A DNA stretch of 24,000 nucleotides, from positions 16,568 to 40,567 of the forward strand of contig NZ_DBFWLG010000034.1 in the NCBI RefSeq assembly GCF_048465575.1, written 5' to 3'. Each line of letters starts with the position of its first letter. The stretch's first letter is position 1. Positions 1 through 7,178 of the stretch are shown here, one piece after another. The DNA is from Alistipes sp. (lineage in GTDB: Bacteria; Bacteroidota; Bacteroidia; Bacteroidales; Rikenellaceae). A program made the translations under genes and the position numbers. Under the pieces are notes generated by a model that made no database searches, was not told where the DNA came from, and saw only the letters and a program-made list of their open reading frames with translations.

Positions 1-2
1 AG

Positions 3-1175
3 GCGATTCTCGAAAAACTGCTCGAAAAGGGGTGTTACGGGGTGATTACGACCCACTACGGCAATATCAAGTATTTTGCGGCCAGCAACGAGGGGGTCGC
101 CAACGGCGCCATGACGTTCGACGTGCAAAATATCCGGCCGTTGTTCCGGCTCGAGACGGGCAAGCCCGGCAGTTCGTTCGCCGTCGAAATCGCCCGCAAG
201 ATCGGGCTGCCGGAGGAGATCATCCGCCGGGCGAGCGAAAAGGCCGGGTCGGACCGGATCAACCTCGAGAAGCAGCTGCGCGAGATCGCACGCGACAAGC
301 ACTACTGGGAGCAGAAGCGCGACCGCATCCGCCTGACGGACCGCAAGGTCGAGGAACTGGAGCAGACCTACGCCGGGCAGCTGCAAAAAATCCGTGCCGA
401 GCGGCAGGAGATTCTCAAAAAAGCGAAGTTGGAGGCGCAGCAGTTGGTCGCCGAGGCCAACAAGCAGATCGAAAATACGATCCGGACCATCCGCGAGGCG
501 CAGGCCGAGAAAGAGTTCACACGCCTGGCGCGCCGCGAGTTGGACGAGTTCCGCGAGACGGTCGAGCGGGCCGACGCGGCGGAGCGCGAAGCCGATGTGC
601 TGCGCGAGATCGAACGCATCGAACGCCGACGCCAGCGACGTGCCGAGCGCAGGACGCAGCAGCAGGCAGCCAAACCGGAGGCCGGGGCCGCCGAGCCGCC
701 CAAACCAAGGCCCGTGGAGGCGGGATCGAAAGTCCGCATGGCCGGGCAGGAGATGGTCGGGGTGGTGCAGGCAGTCAAGGGCAAGCGGGCGCAGGTGGCG
801 TTCGGTCAGATATTGACGACGGTCGACAAGTCGCTGCTGACCGTCGTGTCGAACAACGAATACCGCGAGGCGACGCGGCCCGTGGCGGCCCGGACGGTGA
901 TCGCGTCCGATATTTCGGCCCGCAAATTGGCGTTCCGCGACCACATCGACGTGCGCGGGATGCGGGCCGCCGAGGCGTTGGATGCCGTGCAGAACTTTAT
1001 CGACGACGCCCTGATGGTGGGCGTGGGGTCGGTCTCGATCCTCCACGGCAAGGGGACAGGGGCTTTGAAAGAGGAGATCCGGCGCTACCTGAAGACGGTG
1101 CCCGAGATCGCCTCGGCCGCAGACGAACACGCCGACCGCGGCGGAGCGGGCATTACGATCGTGACTTTCGATTGA
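3..1175 (+). CDS. mutS2: MutS2 endonuclease (recombination-inhibiting MutS paralog), C-terminal part; 5' end lies outside the window
   Basis: The frame of ORF 42..1175 stays open to nt 3 (AILEKLLEKGCYGVITTHYGNIK...). A long charged coiled-coil region is followed by a C-terminal Smr domain (ILHGKGTGALKEEIRRYLK...GGAGITIVTFD). Confidence 0.9.
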   Translation, partial: AILEKLLEKGCYGVITTHYGNIKYFAASNEGVANGAMTFDVQNIRPLFRLETGKPGSSFAVEIARKIGLPEEIIRRASEKAGSDRINLEKQLREIARDKHYWEQKRDRIRLTDRKVEELEQTYAGQLQKIRAERQEILKKAKLEAQQLVAEANKQIENTIRTIREAQAEKEFTRLARRELDEFRETVERADAAEREADVLREIERIERRRQRRAERRTQQQAAKPEAGAAEPPKPRPVEAGSKVRMAGQEMVGVVQAVKGKRAQVAFGQILTTVDKSLLTVVSNNEYREATRPVAARTVIASDISARKLAFRDHIDVRGMRAAEALDAVQNFIDDALMVGVGSVSILHGKGTGALKEEIRRYLKTVPEIASAADEHADRGGAGITIVTFD

Positions 1176-1206
1176 GGGGAAAGGTGAAAAGTGAAAGGTG
1201 AAAGGC
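1176..1206. repeat. Purine-rich heptad microsatellite, about 4 units of GGTGAAA/GTGAAAG, starting directly after the mutS2 stop codon
   Basis: Read directly: ggggaaaggtgaaaagtgaaaggtgaaaggc. Confidence 0.9.
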
Positions 1207-1287
1207 AACTTTGTGGAGTAAGCAAGTGTGGAGACCGCTTCCCGGGCTATGTCGGGCAGCAGCAAAGTCAAGCTGCTAAAGGCGGGT

Positions 1288-1329
1288 TGAAAGGTGAAAG
1301 GTGAAAGGTGAAAGGTGAAAGGTGAAAGG
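1288..1329. repeat. Second array of the same heptad: 6 tandem units of GTGAAAG (the first is degenerate, TTGAAAG)
   Basis: Read directly: ttgaaag(gtgaaag)x5 gc. It lies about 80 bp from the first array. Confidence 0.95.
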
Positions 1330-1393
1330 CCATCGGTAGCTAAACCGTGAAGAACGGAAAACGGAAAGTAGAGGGGTAATAGGGAACGGGATT

Positions 1394-1421
1394 TTGCGAC
1401 CCCTCGACTTTCGCTCGGGGA
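1394..1421. repeat. Dispersed intergenic repeat, copy 1 (TTGCGACCCCTCGAC-N4-GCTCGGGGA)
   Basis: The 15-nt and 9-nt arms are identical to copy 2 at 9281..9307; only the 3-4 nt centre differs. Confidence 0.8.
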
Positions 1422-1512
1422 TCGAAAGATATTCGGTTCGGAATGACACAGGGCGCAAGGCTCGCTGGAATCGTTAATTATTGAATGCTGAATTGCGATA
1501 AACGCAAAAACG

Positions 1513-3882
1513 ATGAAATACCTGCTATCCCAAATTGCCGCGATCGTGGGCGGTGAAATGACGGGCTGCGACTCCGAGGTGCAGTCGGTGGTGACGGACA
1601 GCCGTTCGCTGACATGCGAACTGGGCGCTGCGCCCTTGTTCGTTGCCATGCGCGGTGCCAACCACGATTCGCACGACTTTGTCGCGCAGATGCGCGACCG
1701 CGGCGTCCGGGCCTTTCTGACCGAAAGGGAGGTGCCGGTGGCCGCGGGGTGCGGGTATGTCGTGGTGGAAAATGCCATCGAGGCTCTGCAACGGCTGGCG
1801 GCGCATCACCGCGCGCAGTTCCGGGGCAGGGTGGTTGCAATCACGGGTTCCAACGGCAAGACGATTATCAAGGAGTGGATCGCCGGGGAGTTGCCCCGGG
1901 AGGTGAAATGCTACCGCTCGCCCAAAAGCTACAACTCGCAGCTGGGGGTACCCCTGTCGGTGCTGATGATAGCGGGCGACGAGGAGCTGGCGCTTATCGA
2001 GGCGGGGATTTCCCGGCCCGGAGAGATGGAGCGGCTGGAGCGCGTGATTCGTCCCGATGCAGTGATCTTCACCTCGTTGGGCGACGCCCATCAGGAGAAT
2101 TTCCGCGACCTGGAACAAAAATGCGAGGAGAAGCTAATACTGGCCCGCCGGGCGCGGACGATCGTCTACCACAGTTTTTACGAACCGCTGGGACAGCTGG
2201 TCGCCGAGCGATTCGCAGACCGCGAAACGGTCGATGCCGCAACGTTTCCCGAGCCCGCCGCAACGGTTGCGGGTAACGCCCCCATGCGCCGCAACGCGCA
2301 ACTCGTCGAGGCGTTCTGCACCGCGACGGGCTATCCGGCCCCCGCATTTACCGCGGTTCCGAGCGTGGCCATGCGGCTCGAGGTGCGGGACGGGATCAAC
2401 GATTCGGTGCTGGTCAACGACGCCTACAACCTCGATCTGAACTCGCTGGCCCTGGCGCTGGACTACCTGCACAACGTGGCGATGGGACGGCCCCGGACGC
2501 TGGTGCTGTCGGACATTGCACAGAGCGGCTTTCGGGACGACGAACTGTATGGCCGCGTGGCGGAGCTGGTCGCCCGCGCGGGTATCGACCGGCTGGTCGG
2601 GGTAGGGCCCGAACTCCGGCGCCACGCGGCGCTTTTCGGGTGCGCGACGGAGTTTTACGCCACGACCGGAGAGTGCATCGAGCGCATGAGCCGCCGTGCC
2701 GTGGCCGGATGCGCCGTGCTCCTGAAAGGGGCGCGGGAATACCGCTTCGAGAAATTGGCACACGCCCTCGCGCGGCAGAGCCACACCACGGTGCTGGAGG
2801 TGGACCTCGATGCCATGATCCACAATCTCAACTATTTCCGCTCGCGCCTCGCATTCGGCACCCGCCTCGTGGCCATGGTCAAGGCGGGGTCGTACGGCAC
2901 GGGCGATTTCGAGGTCGCGCAGCTCTTGCAGCACCAGGGGGTCGACTACCTGGCCGTGGCGTTCGCCGACGAGGGCGTCCGGCTGCGCGAGCGGGGAATC
3001 ACGATGCCCGTGGTGGTGCTCAATGCCGATGCCGACAGTTTCGATCAGATGGTCGCAAACCGGCTGGAACCCGAGATATACAGCGTGCACTCGCTCAGGG
3101 CCTTCGCAGCGGCGGCTGCCCATGCGGGCGAGATGCGCTATCCGATCCACATCAAGCTCGATACGGGGATGCACCGGCTGGGATTCGCGGAGGAGGAGCT
3201 CGCGCCTCTCATCGAGGAGCTGGCTTCGACGCCCGAGGTGCGGGTGGTTACGGTCTTTTCGCATCTGAACTGCGCCGACATGCCCGGCGTGGAGGAGTAC
3301 ACGCGCGCGCAAATCGCCCGGTTCGACCGCATGAGCGCACGGCTGGCGGCGGCGCTGCCCTGTCCTGTACTGCGCCATACAGCCAACTCGGCGGCGATCG
3401 AGCGCTTCCCCGAGGCGCAGTTCGACATGTGCCGCCTCGGACTGGGGCTTTACGGCTTCGGCTGGGAGCACAACGCGGCGCTGCGCCCGGTGGCGACGCT
3501 CCGGACCCGCATCGTGCAGATCAAGCGCCTGGCGGTGGGTGAGGCAGTCGGCTATGGGCGGGCGCAGGTATTGCAGCGCGACAGCGTCATCGCCACCGTG
3601 CCCATCGGATATGCCGACGGGCTGGACCGCCACCTGGGGTGCGGCCGTTGGGCGATGCGGGTGAACGGGCGTCCGGCGCCCATCGTCGGGCGGGTCTGCA
3701 TGGACAGCTGCATGATCGACATCACGGACATTCCCGGCGTCGGCGAGGGCGACGAGGCGGTGATCTTCTCGCCCGAGCCGGGCAATGACCTCGAAACGAT
3801 GGCCCGCGTGCTCGACACGATTCCCTACGAGATCATGACCTCGGTCTCGGCCCGGGTGAAACGGATTTACCTCAAGGAGTAA
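1513..3882 (+). CDS. Bifunctional UDP-N-acetylmuramoyl-tripeptide--D-alanyl-D-alanine ligase (MurF-like) / alanine racemase fusion protein
   Basis: 789 aa. The N-terminal half has the Mur-ligase P-loop (AITGSNGKTIIKEW) and NDAYNLDLNS (MurF DAYNANP-like). The C-terminal half has the alanine racemase PLP-lysine motif (VAMVKAGSYGTG) and GRVCMDSCMIDIT. Confidence 0.93.
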   Translation: MKYLLSQIAAIVGGEMTGCDSEVQSVVTDSRSLTCELGAAPLFVAMRGANHDSHDFVAQMRDRGVRAFLTEREVPVAAGCGYVVVENAIEALQRLAAHHRAQFRGRVVAITGSNGKTIIKEWIAGELPREVKCYRSPKSYNSQLGVPLSVLMIAGDEELALIEAGISRPGEMERLERVIRPDAVIFTSLGDAHQENFRDLEQKCEEKLILARRARTIVYHSFYEPLGQLVAERFADRETVDAATFPEPAATVAGNAPMRRNAQLVEAFCTATGYPAPAFTAVPSVAMRLEVRDGINDSVLVNDAYNLDLNSLALALDYLHNVAMGRPRTLVLSDIAQSGFRDDELYGRVAELVARAGIDRLVGVGPELRRHAALFGCATEFYATTGECIERMSRRAVAGCAVLLKGAREYRFEKLAHALARQSHTTVLEVDLDAMIHNLNYFRSRLAFGTRLVAMVKAGSYGTGDFEVAQLLQHQGVDYLAVAFADEGVRLRERGITMPVVVLNADADSFDQMVANRLEPEIYSVHSLRAFAAAAAHAGEMRYPIHIKLDTGMHRLGFAEEELAPLIEELASTPEVRVVTVFSHLNCADMPGVEEYTRAQIARFDRMSARLAAALPCPVLRHTANSAAIERFPEAQFDMCRLGLGLYGFGWEHNAALRPVATLRTRIVQIKRLAVGEAVGYGRAQVLQRDSVIATVPIGYADGLDRHLGCGRWAMRVNGRPAPIVGRVCMDSCMIDITDIPGVGEGDEAVIFSPEPGNDLETMARVLDTIPYEIMTSVSARVKRIYLKE

Positions 3883-3888
3883 GCGTGT

Positions 3889-3905
3889 GCGGCTCTCGGA
3901 GCCGC
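3889..3905 (+). terminator. Possible stem-loop after the murF-alr stop (GCGGCTC tcg GAGCCGC); no U-tract follows
   Basis: Perfect 7-bp stem read from the sequence, but it is followed by a C-run rather than a T-run. Confidence 0.3.
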
Positions 3906-3952
3906 CCCCCCCGGCGGAGACCCCCGATGCGTGCCCCGGAGGCTGCAACCCG

Positions 3953-3989
3953 AATTCTTCATTTTTAATTCTTAATTCTTCATTTCTTT
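3953..3989. repeat. AT-rich heptad microsatellite (AATTCTT / CATTTTT / AATTCTT / AATTCTT / CATTTCT) running into the start codon of the next gene
   Basis: Read directly: aattcttcatttttaattcttaattcttcatttcttt. It is a conspicuous AT island in GC-rich DNA. Confidence 0.9.
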
Positions 3990-4704
3990 GGAACCCGGAA
4001 CCCTCTACCTGATCCCCTGTCCGATTTCGGACCAGACGGCACCGTGGGAAGTGCTGCCCGCGGCCAACCGCGCGGTGATGGACGCGCTGGACTATTTCAT
4101 CGTCGAGAATACGCGCTCGGCGCGGCGGTTTCTCTCCGCGGCGGGCATTGCACGGCCGATCGGCGAACTGGAGTTCCGCGAACTGAACGAACATACGACG
4201 GCCGGCCGCGAGGTCGAGGAGCTGGTCGAACCGCTCGCTGCTGGCCGCTCGGCGGGCGTGATCTCCGAGGCCGGCGTGCCGGGCGTGGCCGATCCCGGAG
4301 CGCTGGTGGTCGAGGCGTGCCACCGGCGCGGCATCCGCGTGGTGCCGCTCGTGGGGCCGTCGTCGATCATCCTCGCGGTGATGGCTTCGGGGCTGAGCGG
4401 GCAGTCGTTCGCATTCAACGGCTACCTCCCGGTCAAGCCGCCCGAGCGGGCCCGGGCTATCCGCCATTTCGAGCGGCGCGCCTTGCAGGAGGGGCAGTCG
4501 CAACTTTTCATCGAGGCGCCCTACCGCAATATGAAACTCCTGGAGCAGCTCCTGGAGATACTTGCGCCCGCGACGCGCCTGGCCGTGGCCGTGGACCTCA
4601 CGGCGCCCGCCGAGAGCGTCCGGATGCACGAGGTGGCCCGCTGGCGTACGCTGCCCCGGCCCGAAATGAACAAACGTCCGGCCATTTTCATCATCGGCCG
4701 ATAG
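3988..4704 (+). CDS. RsmI-family (tetrapyrrole-methylase fold) SAM-dependent methyltransferase
   Basis: 238 aa, collinear with E. coli RsmI: GTLYLIPCPISD (GQLYIVPTPIGN), ENTRSARRFL (EDTRHTGLLL), ISEAGVPGVADPG (VSDAGTPLINDPG), GIRVVPLVGPSS. There is an in-frame stop at 3973-3975, and TTG at 3988 is the only plausible start. Confidence 0.85.
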   Translation: MEPGTLYLIPCPISDQTAPWEVLPAANRAVMDALDYFIVENTRSARRFLSAAGIARPIGELEFRELNEHTTAGREVEELVEPLAAGRSAGVISEAGVPGVADPGALVVEACHRRGIRVVPLVGPSSIILAVMASGLSGQSFAFNGYLPVKPPERARAIRHFERRALQEGQSQLFIEAPYRNMKLLEQLLEILAPATRLAVAVDLTAPAESVRMHEVARWRTLPRPEMNKRPAIFIIGR

Positions 4705-4720
4705 CGCAAACCGCGTGGTA

Positions 4721-4729
4721 TACAATTTG
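4721..4729 (+). promoter_or_regulatory. Near-consensus Bacteroidota -7 box (TAcaaTTTG, one extra spacer nt) upstream of grpE
   Basis: Matches the Bacteroides sigma-A -7 consensus TAnnTTTG apart from one inserted nt. It lies 39 nt upstream of the grpE ATG. No clear -33 TTTG. Confidence 0.25.
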
Positions 4730-4767
4730 ATCGAATAGGTGGAAAGAATAACCGAAAAACAAGCGAT

Positions 4768-5370
4768 ATGAAAAAGGAAAAAATTTATAATGAGGAGGTT
4801 AGGGACCACGAAGAAGCCGCAGGCGGACCGAATTGCACCCCCGGCGAAACCGAGCCGCGTGCCAATGTGGCAGACGGGGAGCGGCAGGCGACTGACACAA
4901 TGGCAGACGCCGCCGGAGAGGAGGGTGCGGACGAGCGGCTTGCGGCGGCGGTAGCCGAGTGGCAGGACAAGTTCATGCGTTTGCAGGCCGAGTTCGACAA
5001 CTACCGCAAGCGCACGCTGCGCGAGAAGATGGAACTGGTCGAGAGCGGTGGACGCGATGTGCTGCTCGAAATGCTGCCCGTGCGCGACGACGTGCAGCGC
5101 GCCGTGGATGCCATGCACAAGTCGGACGACCTGGAGGCCCTGCGCGCCGGGGTGACGCTCATCTCGCAGAAATTCACCGAAGCGCTGCGCCGCAAGGGGG
5201 TCACGGAGATCGACGTGGCGGGCAAGGAGTTCGACGCCGACCTGGCCGAAGCGGTGGCGCGGTTCGATGCGGGCGAGGAGAAGCGGGGCCTGGTGATCGA
5301 TGTCGTGCAGACGGGTTACATGTTGGGCGACAAAGTGCTGCGCTTTGCGAAAGTAGTTGTAGGAGAATAG
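4768..5370 (+). CDS. grpE: GrpE nucleotide exchange factor
   Basis: 200 aa. Contains [21 protein letters not shown], the GrpE signature, and sits 4 nt upstream of dnaJ. Confidence 0.95.
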   Translation: MKKEKIYNEEVRDHEEAAGGPNCTPGETEPRANVADGERQATDTMADAAGEEGADERLAAAVAEWQDKFMRLQAEFDNYRKRTLREKMELVESGGRDVLLEMLPVRDDVQRAVDAMHKSDDLEALRAGVTLISQKFTEALRRKGVTEIDVAGKEFDADLAEAVARFDAGEEKRGLVIDVVQTGYMLGDKVLRFAKVVVGE

Positions 5371-5374
5371 GATC

Positions 5375-6544
5375 ATGGCAGAAAAAAGAGACTACTACGA
5401 GGTGCTCGGCGTTCAGAAGAACGCCAACGCCGACGAAATAAAGAAGGCCTACCGCAAGGCGGCCATCCAGTATCACCCCGACAAGAATCCGGGCGACAAG
5501 GAGGCCGAGGAGAAATTCAAGGAGGCCGCCGAGGCCTACGACGTGCTCTCGAATCCCGACAAGCGGGCCCGTTACGACCAGTTCGGCCACGCCGGCATGA
5601 GCGGTGCGGCGGGCGGCGGTGCCGGGGGTTATGGCGGCTTCAGCGGCGGCGGATTCACGATGGAGGATATCTTCTCGCAGTTCGGCGACATCTTCGGCGG
5701 CCATTTCAGCGGCGGGGGTTTCCGGTCGGGTTCGTCTTCCGGGCGTCGCGTGAACCGCGGTTCGGACATCCGCATCAAGGTGAAGTTGACGCTCGCGGAG
5801 ATCGCCTCGGGCGTGACGAAGAAACTGAAGATCAACAAGACCGTCGCCTGCGACAAGTGCGGCGGCTCGGGCGCACAGGATGCCAACTCCTACTCGACCT
5901 GCTCGACGTGTCACGGCACGGGGCACGTGACGCGCGTGGAAAACACGTTCTTCGGGCGGATGCAGACCGAGGGTGTCTGCCCGACGTGCGGCGGTACGGG
6001 CAAGGTCATCACCTCGCCTTGCGACAAGTGCAAGGGCGAGGGAACGGTCCGCGGGCAGGAGGTCGTGGAGATCCAAATTCCGGCCGGCGTGGGCGAAGGC
6101 ATGGTCCTCACGGTTACGGGCAAGGGCAATGCCGCGCGCCATGGAGGCGTCAACGGCGACTTGCAGGTTTTGATCGAGGAGGAGCGCCATCCGGAGCTGA
6201 TGCGCGATGGCAACGACCTGATCCACAACCTCAATATCACCGTTACGACGGCCATCCTGGGCGGCTCGGTCGAGGTGCCCACGGTGGACGGGCGCGCCAA
6301 GATCAAAATCGCACCCGGCACGCACGCCGGCAAGGTGCTTCGTCTGGGCGGCAAGGGCATTCCCGACGTCAACGGATACGGCCGCGGCGACGAGTTGGTG
6401 GTGGTCGACATCACCATCCCCTCGAAACTCAACGCCGAGGAGAAGCGTCTGGTCGAGCAGTTGGCCGCGCAGCCCGATTTCCAGAAAGCCGAATCGGTCC
6501 GCAACCAAAATATCTTCGAGCGGATGAAGAGTTTTTTCCGGTAG
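5375..6544 (+). CDS. dnaJ: Molecular chaperone DnaJ
   Basis: J-domain (DYYEVLGV...[18 protein letters not shown]), G/F-rich linker and four CxxCxGxG zinc-finger repeats ([32 protein letters not shown]). Confidence 0.97.
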   Translation: MAEKRDYYEVLGVQKNANADEIKKAYRKAAIQYHPDKNPGDKEAEEKFKEAAEAYDVLSNPDKRARYDQFGHAGMSGAAGGGAGGYGGFSGGGFTMEDIFSQFGDIFGGHFSGGGFRSGSSSGRRVNRGSDIRIKVKLTLAEIASGVTKKLKINKTVACDKCGGSGAQDANSYSTCSTCHGTGHVTRVENTFFGRMQTEGVCPTCGGTGKVITSPCDKCKGEGTVRGQEVVEIQIPAGVGEGMVLTVTGKGNAARHGGVNGDLQVLIEEERHPELMRDGNDLIHNLNITVTTAILGGSVEVPTVDGRAKIKIAPGTHAGKVLRLGGKGIPDVNGYGRGDELVVVDITIPSKLNAEEKRLVEQLAAQPDFQKAESVRNQNIFERMKSFFR

Positions 6545-6631
6545 CGGCATCCGGCGCGCCGTTCGGGCGCTGGCCGGACAGCGTGCCGGGAAGAGAAACC
6601 GGACGGCCCGCCGAGCTGGTTGCACCTCAAA

Positions 6632-6649
6632 CCCCCGCTTCGGCGGGGG
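6632..6649 (+). terminator. Stem-loop terminator after dnaJ (CCCCCGC ttcg GCGGGGG, then cttgtcgt)
   Basis: Perfect 7-bp GC stem with a TTCG tetraloop and a partly T-rich tail, 88 nt after the dnaJ stop. Confidence 0.55.
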
Positions 6650-6706
6650 CTTGTCGTATGGGTGAAAAAGGGGGCTCGCCGGGCAATAAATTTCGACGAA
6701 AATGCG

Positions 6707-6714
6707 TATCTTTA
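6707..6714 (+). promoter_or_regulatory. Candidate -7 box TAtcTTTA for the 6738 gene / mutL
   Basis: 7 of 8 match to TAnnTTTG, 24 nt upstream of the ATG at 6738, in an AT-rich patch. Confidence 0.35.
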
Positions 6715-6737
6715 CAAAAAAATAGGAGGAAACGGCC

Positions 6738-7178
6738 ATGTTGGGTTTTACCCCTTTCAAGAAACACGCAAACAAGTTCAACTACATACCGCGCTATTAC
6801 GATCCCGAAAAGGAGGCGCGCGAGCAGCGCCGCGCCGAGCTTCGGGGCGAGCGCGCCGAGGAGGGCGAACGCACCTACCGCCCCGGGCAGTACATTCGCA
6901 CGCAGCGCGAGGCCCGCGCCGCACGCCGCGCCCGCGAGGACGACCGGGGCCGCAAGCGCATCTGGACGATGGCCGTGGCCGTGGTCCTGGTGTTGTTGTT
7001 CGTCGCCCTGTTGTATCCGCGGCTGGTGGCGCTCTTCGTCCGTCCGGCTGCCCCCGCCGCAACCGAAGCCGCCGCGCCCGAAAGCGTTCGGCGCAATGCG
7101 CTCGACCAGTCGGGCATCGGCGACGTGGAGTGGCAGGAGCAGACGATTACCGTAGTACCCAACGATTACAGCGAATAG
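6738..7178 (+). CDS. Hypothetical single-pass membrane protein with an Arg/Glu-rich N-terminal region
   Basis: 146 aa. N-terminus FNYIPRYYDPEKEAREQRRAELRGER..., one hydrophobic helix (IWTMAVAVVLVLLFVALLYPRLVALFV). Its stop codon TAG directly abuts the mutL ATG. Confidence 0.7.
   Translation: MLGFTPFKKHANKFNYIPRYYDPEKEAREQRRAELRGERAEEGERTYRPGQYIRTQREARAARRAREDDRGRKRIWTMAVAVVLVLLFVALLYPRLVALFVRPAAPAATEAAAPESVRRNALDQSGIGDVEWQEQTITVVPNDYSE

Noticed and set aside
1176-1330. Possible CRISPR-like array (repeat - about 80 bp - repeat)
   Set aside because: The repeated units are 7-nt microsatellite units, not 25-40 nt direct repeats with unique spacers. There are only two blocks and no cas genes in the window.
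1431-1444. tRNA T-arm-like sequence ATTCGGTTCGGAAT
   Set aside because: No acceptor, D or anticodon stems can be drawn around it, and GGTTCGGAAT deviates from GGTTCGAATCC. It is an isolated 4-bp hairpin.
1276-1458. 60-aa ORF on the - strand (…WPFTFHLSPFTFHLS…) in the mutS2 / murF-alr spacer
   Set aside because: The peptide is simply the translation of the GGTGAAA heptad array, and it has no start context.
2134-5376. 1080-aa ORF on the - strand spanning murF-alr, the methyltransferase gene and grpE
   Set aside because: It is antisense to three genes with clear family motifs. Its translation is R/A/G/H/P-rich with no recognisable motif, and it runs through intergenic repeats. This is the typical stop-codon-poor antisense frame of GC-rich DNA.
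5201-6781. 526-aa ORF antisense to dnaJ. Similar long antisense or out-of-frame ORFs occur at 9919..11877 (-), 14988..16634 (+), 16487..17575 (+), 22008..23381 (+), 20137..21282 (-) and 14929..16530 (-)
   Set aside because: Each overlaps a gene with unambiguous domain signatures on the other strand or in another frame. The translations are low-complexity and Arg/Gly/Pro/His-rich.
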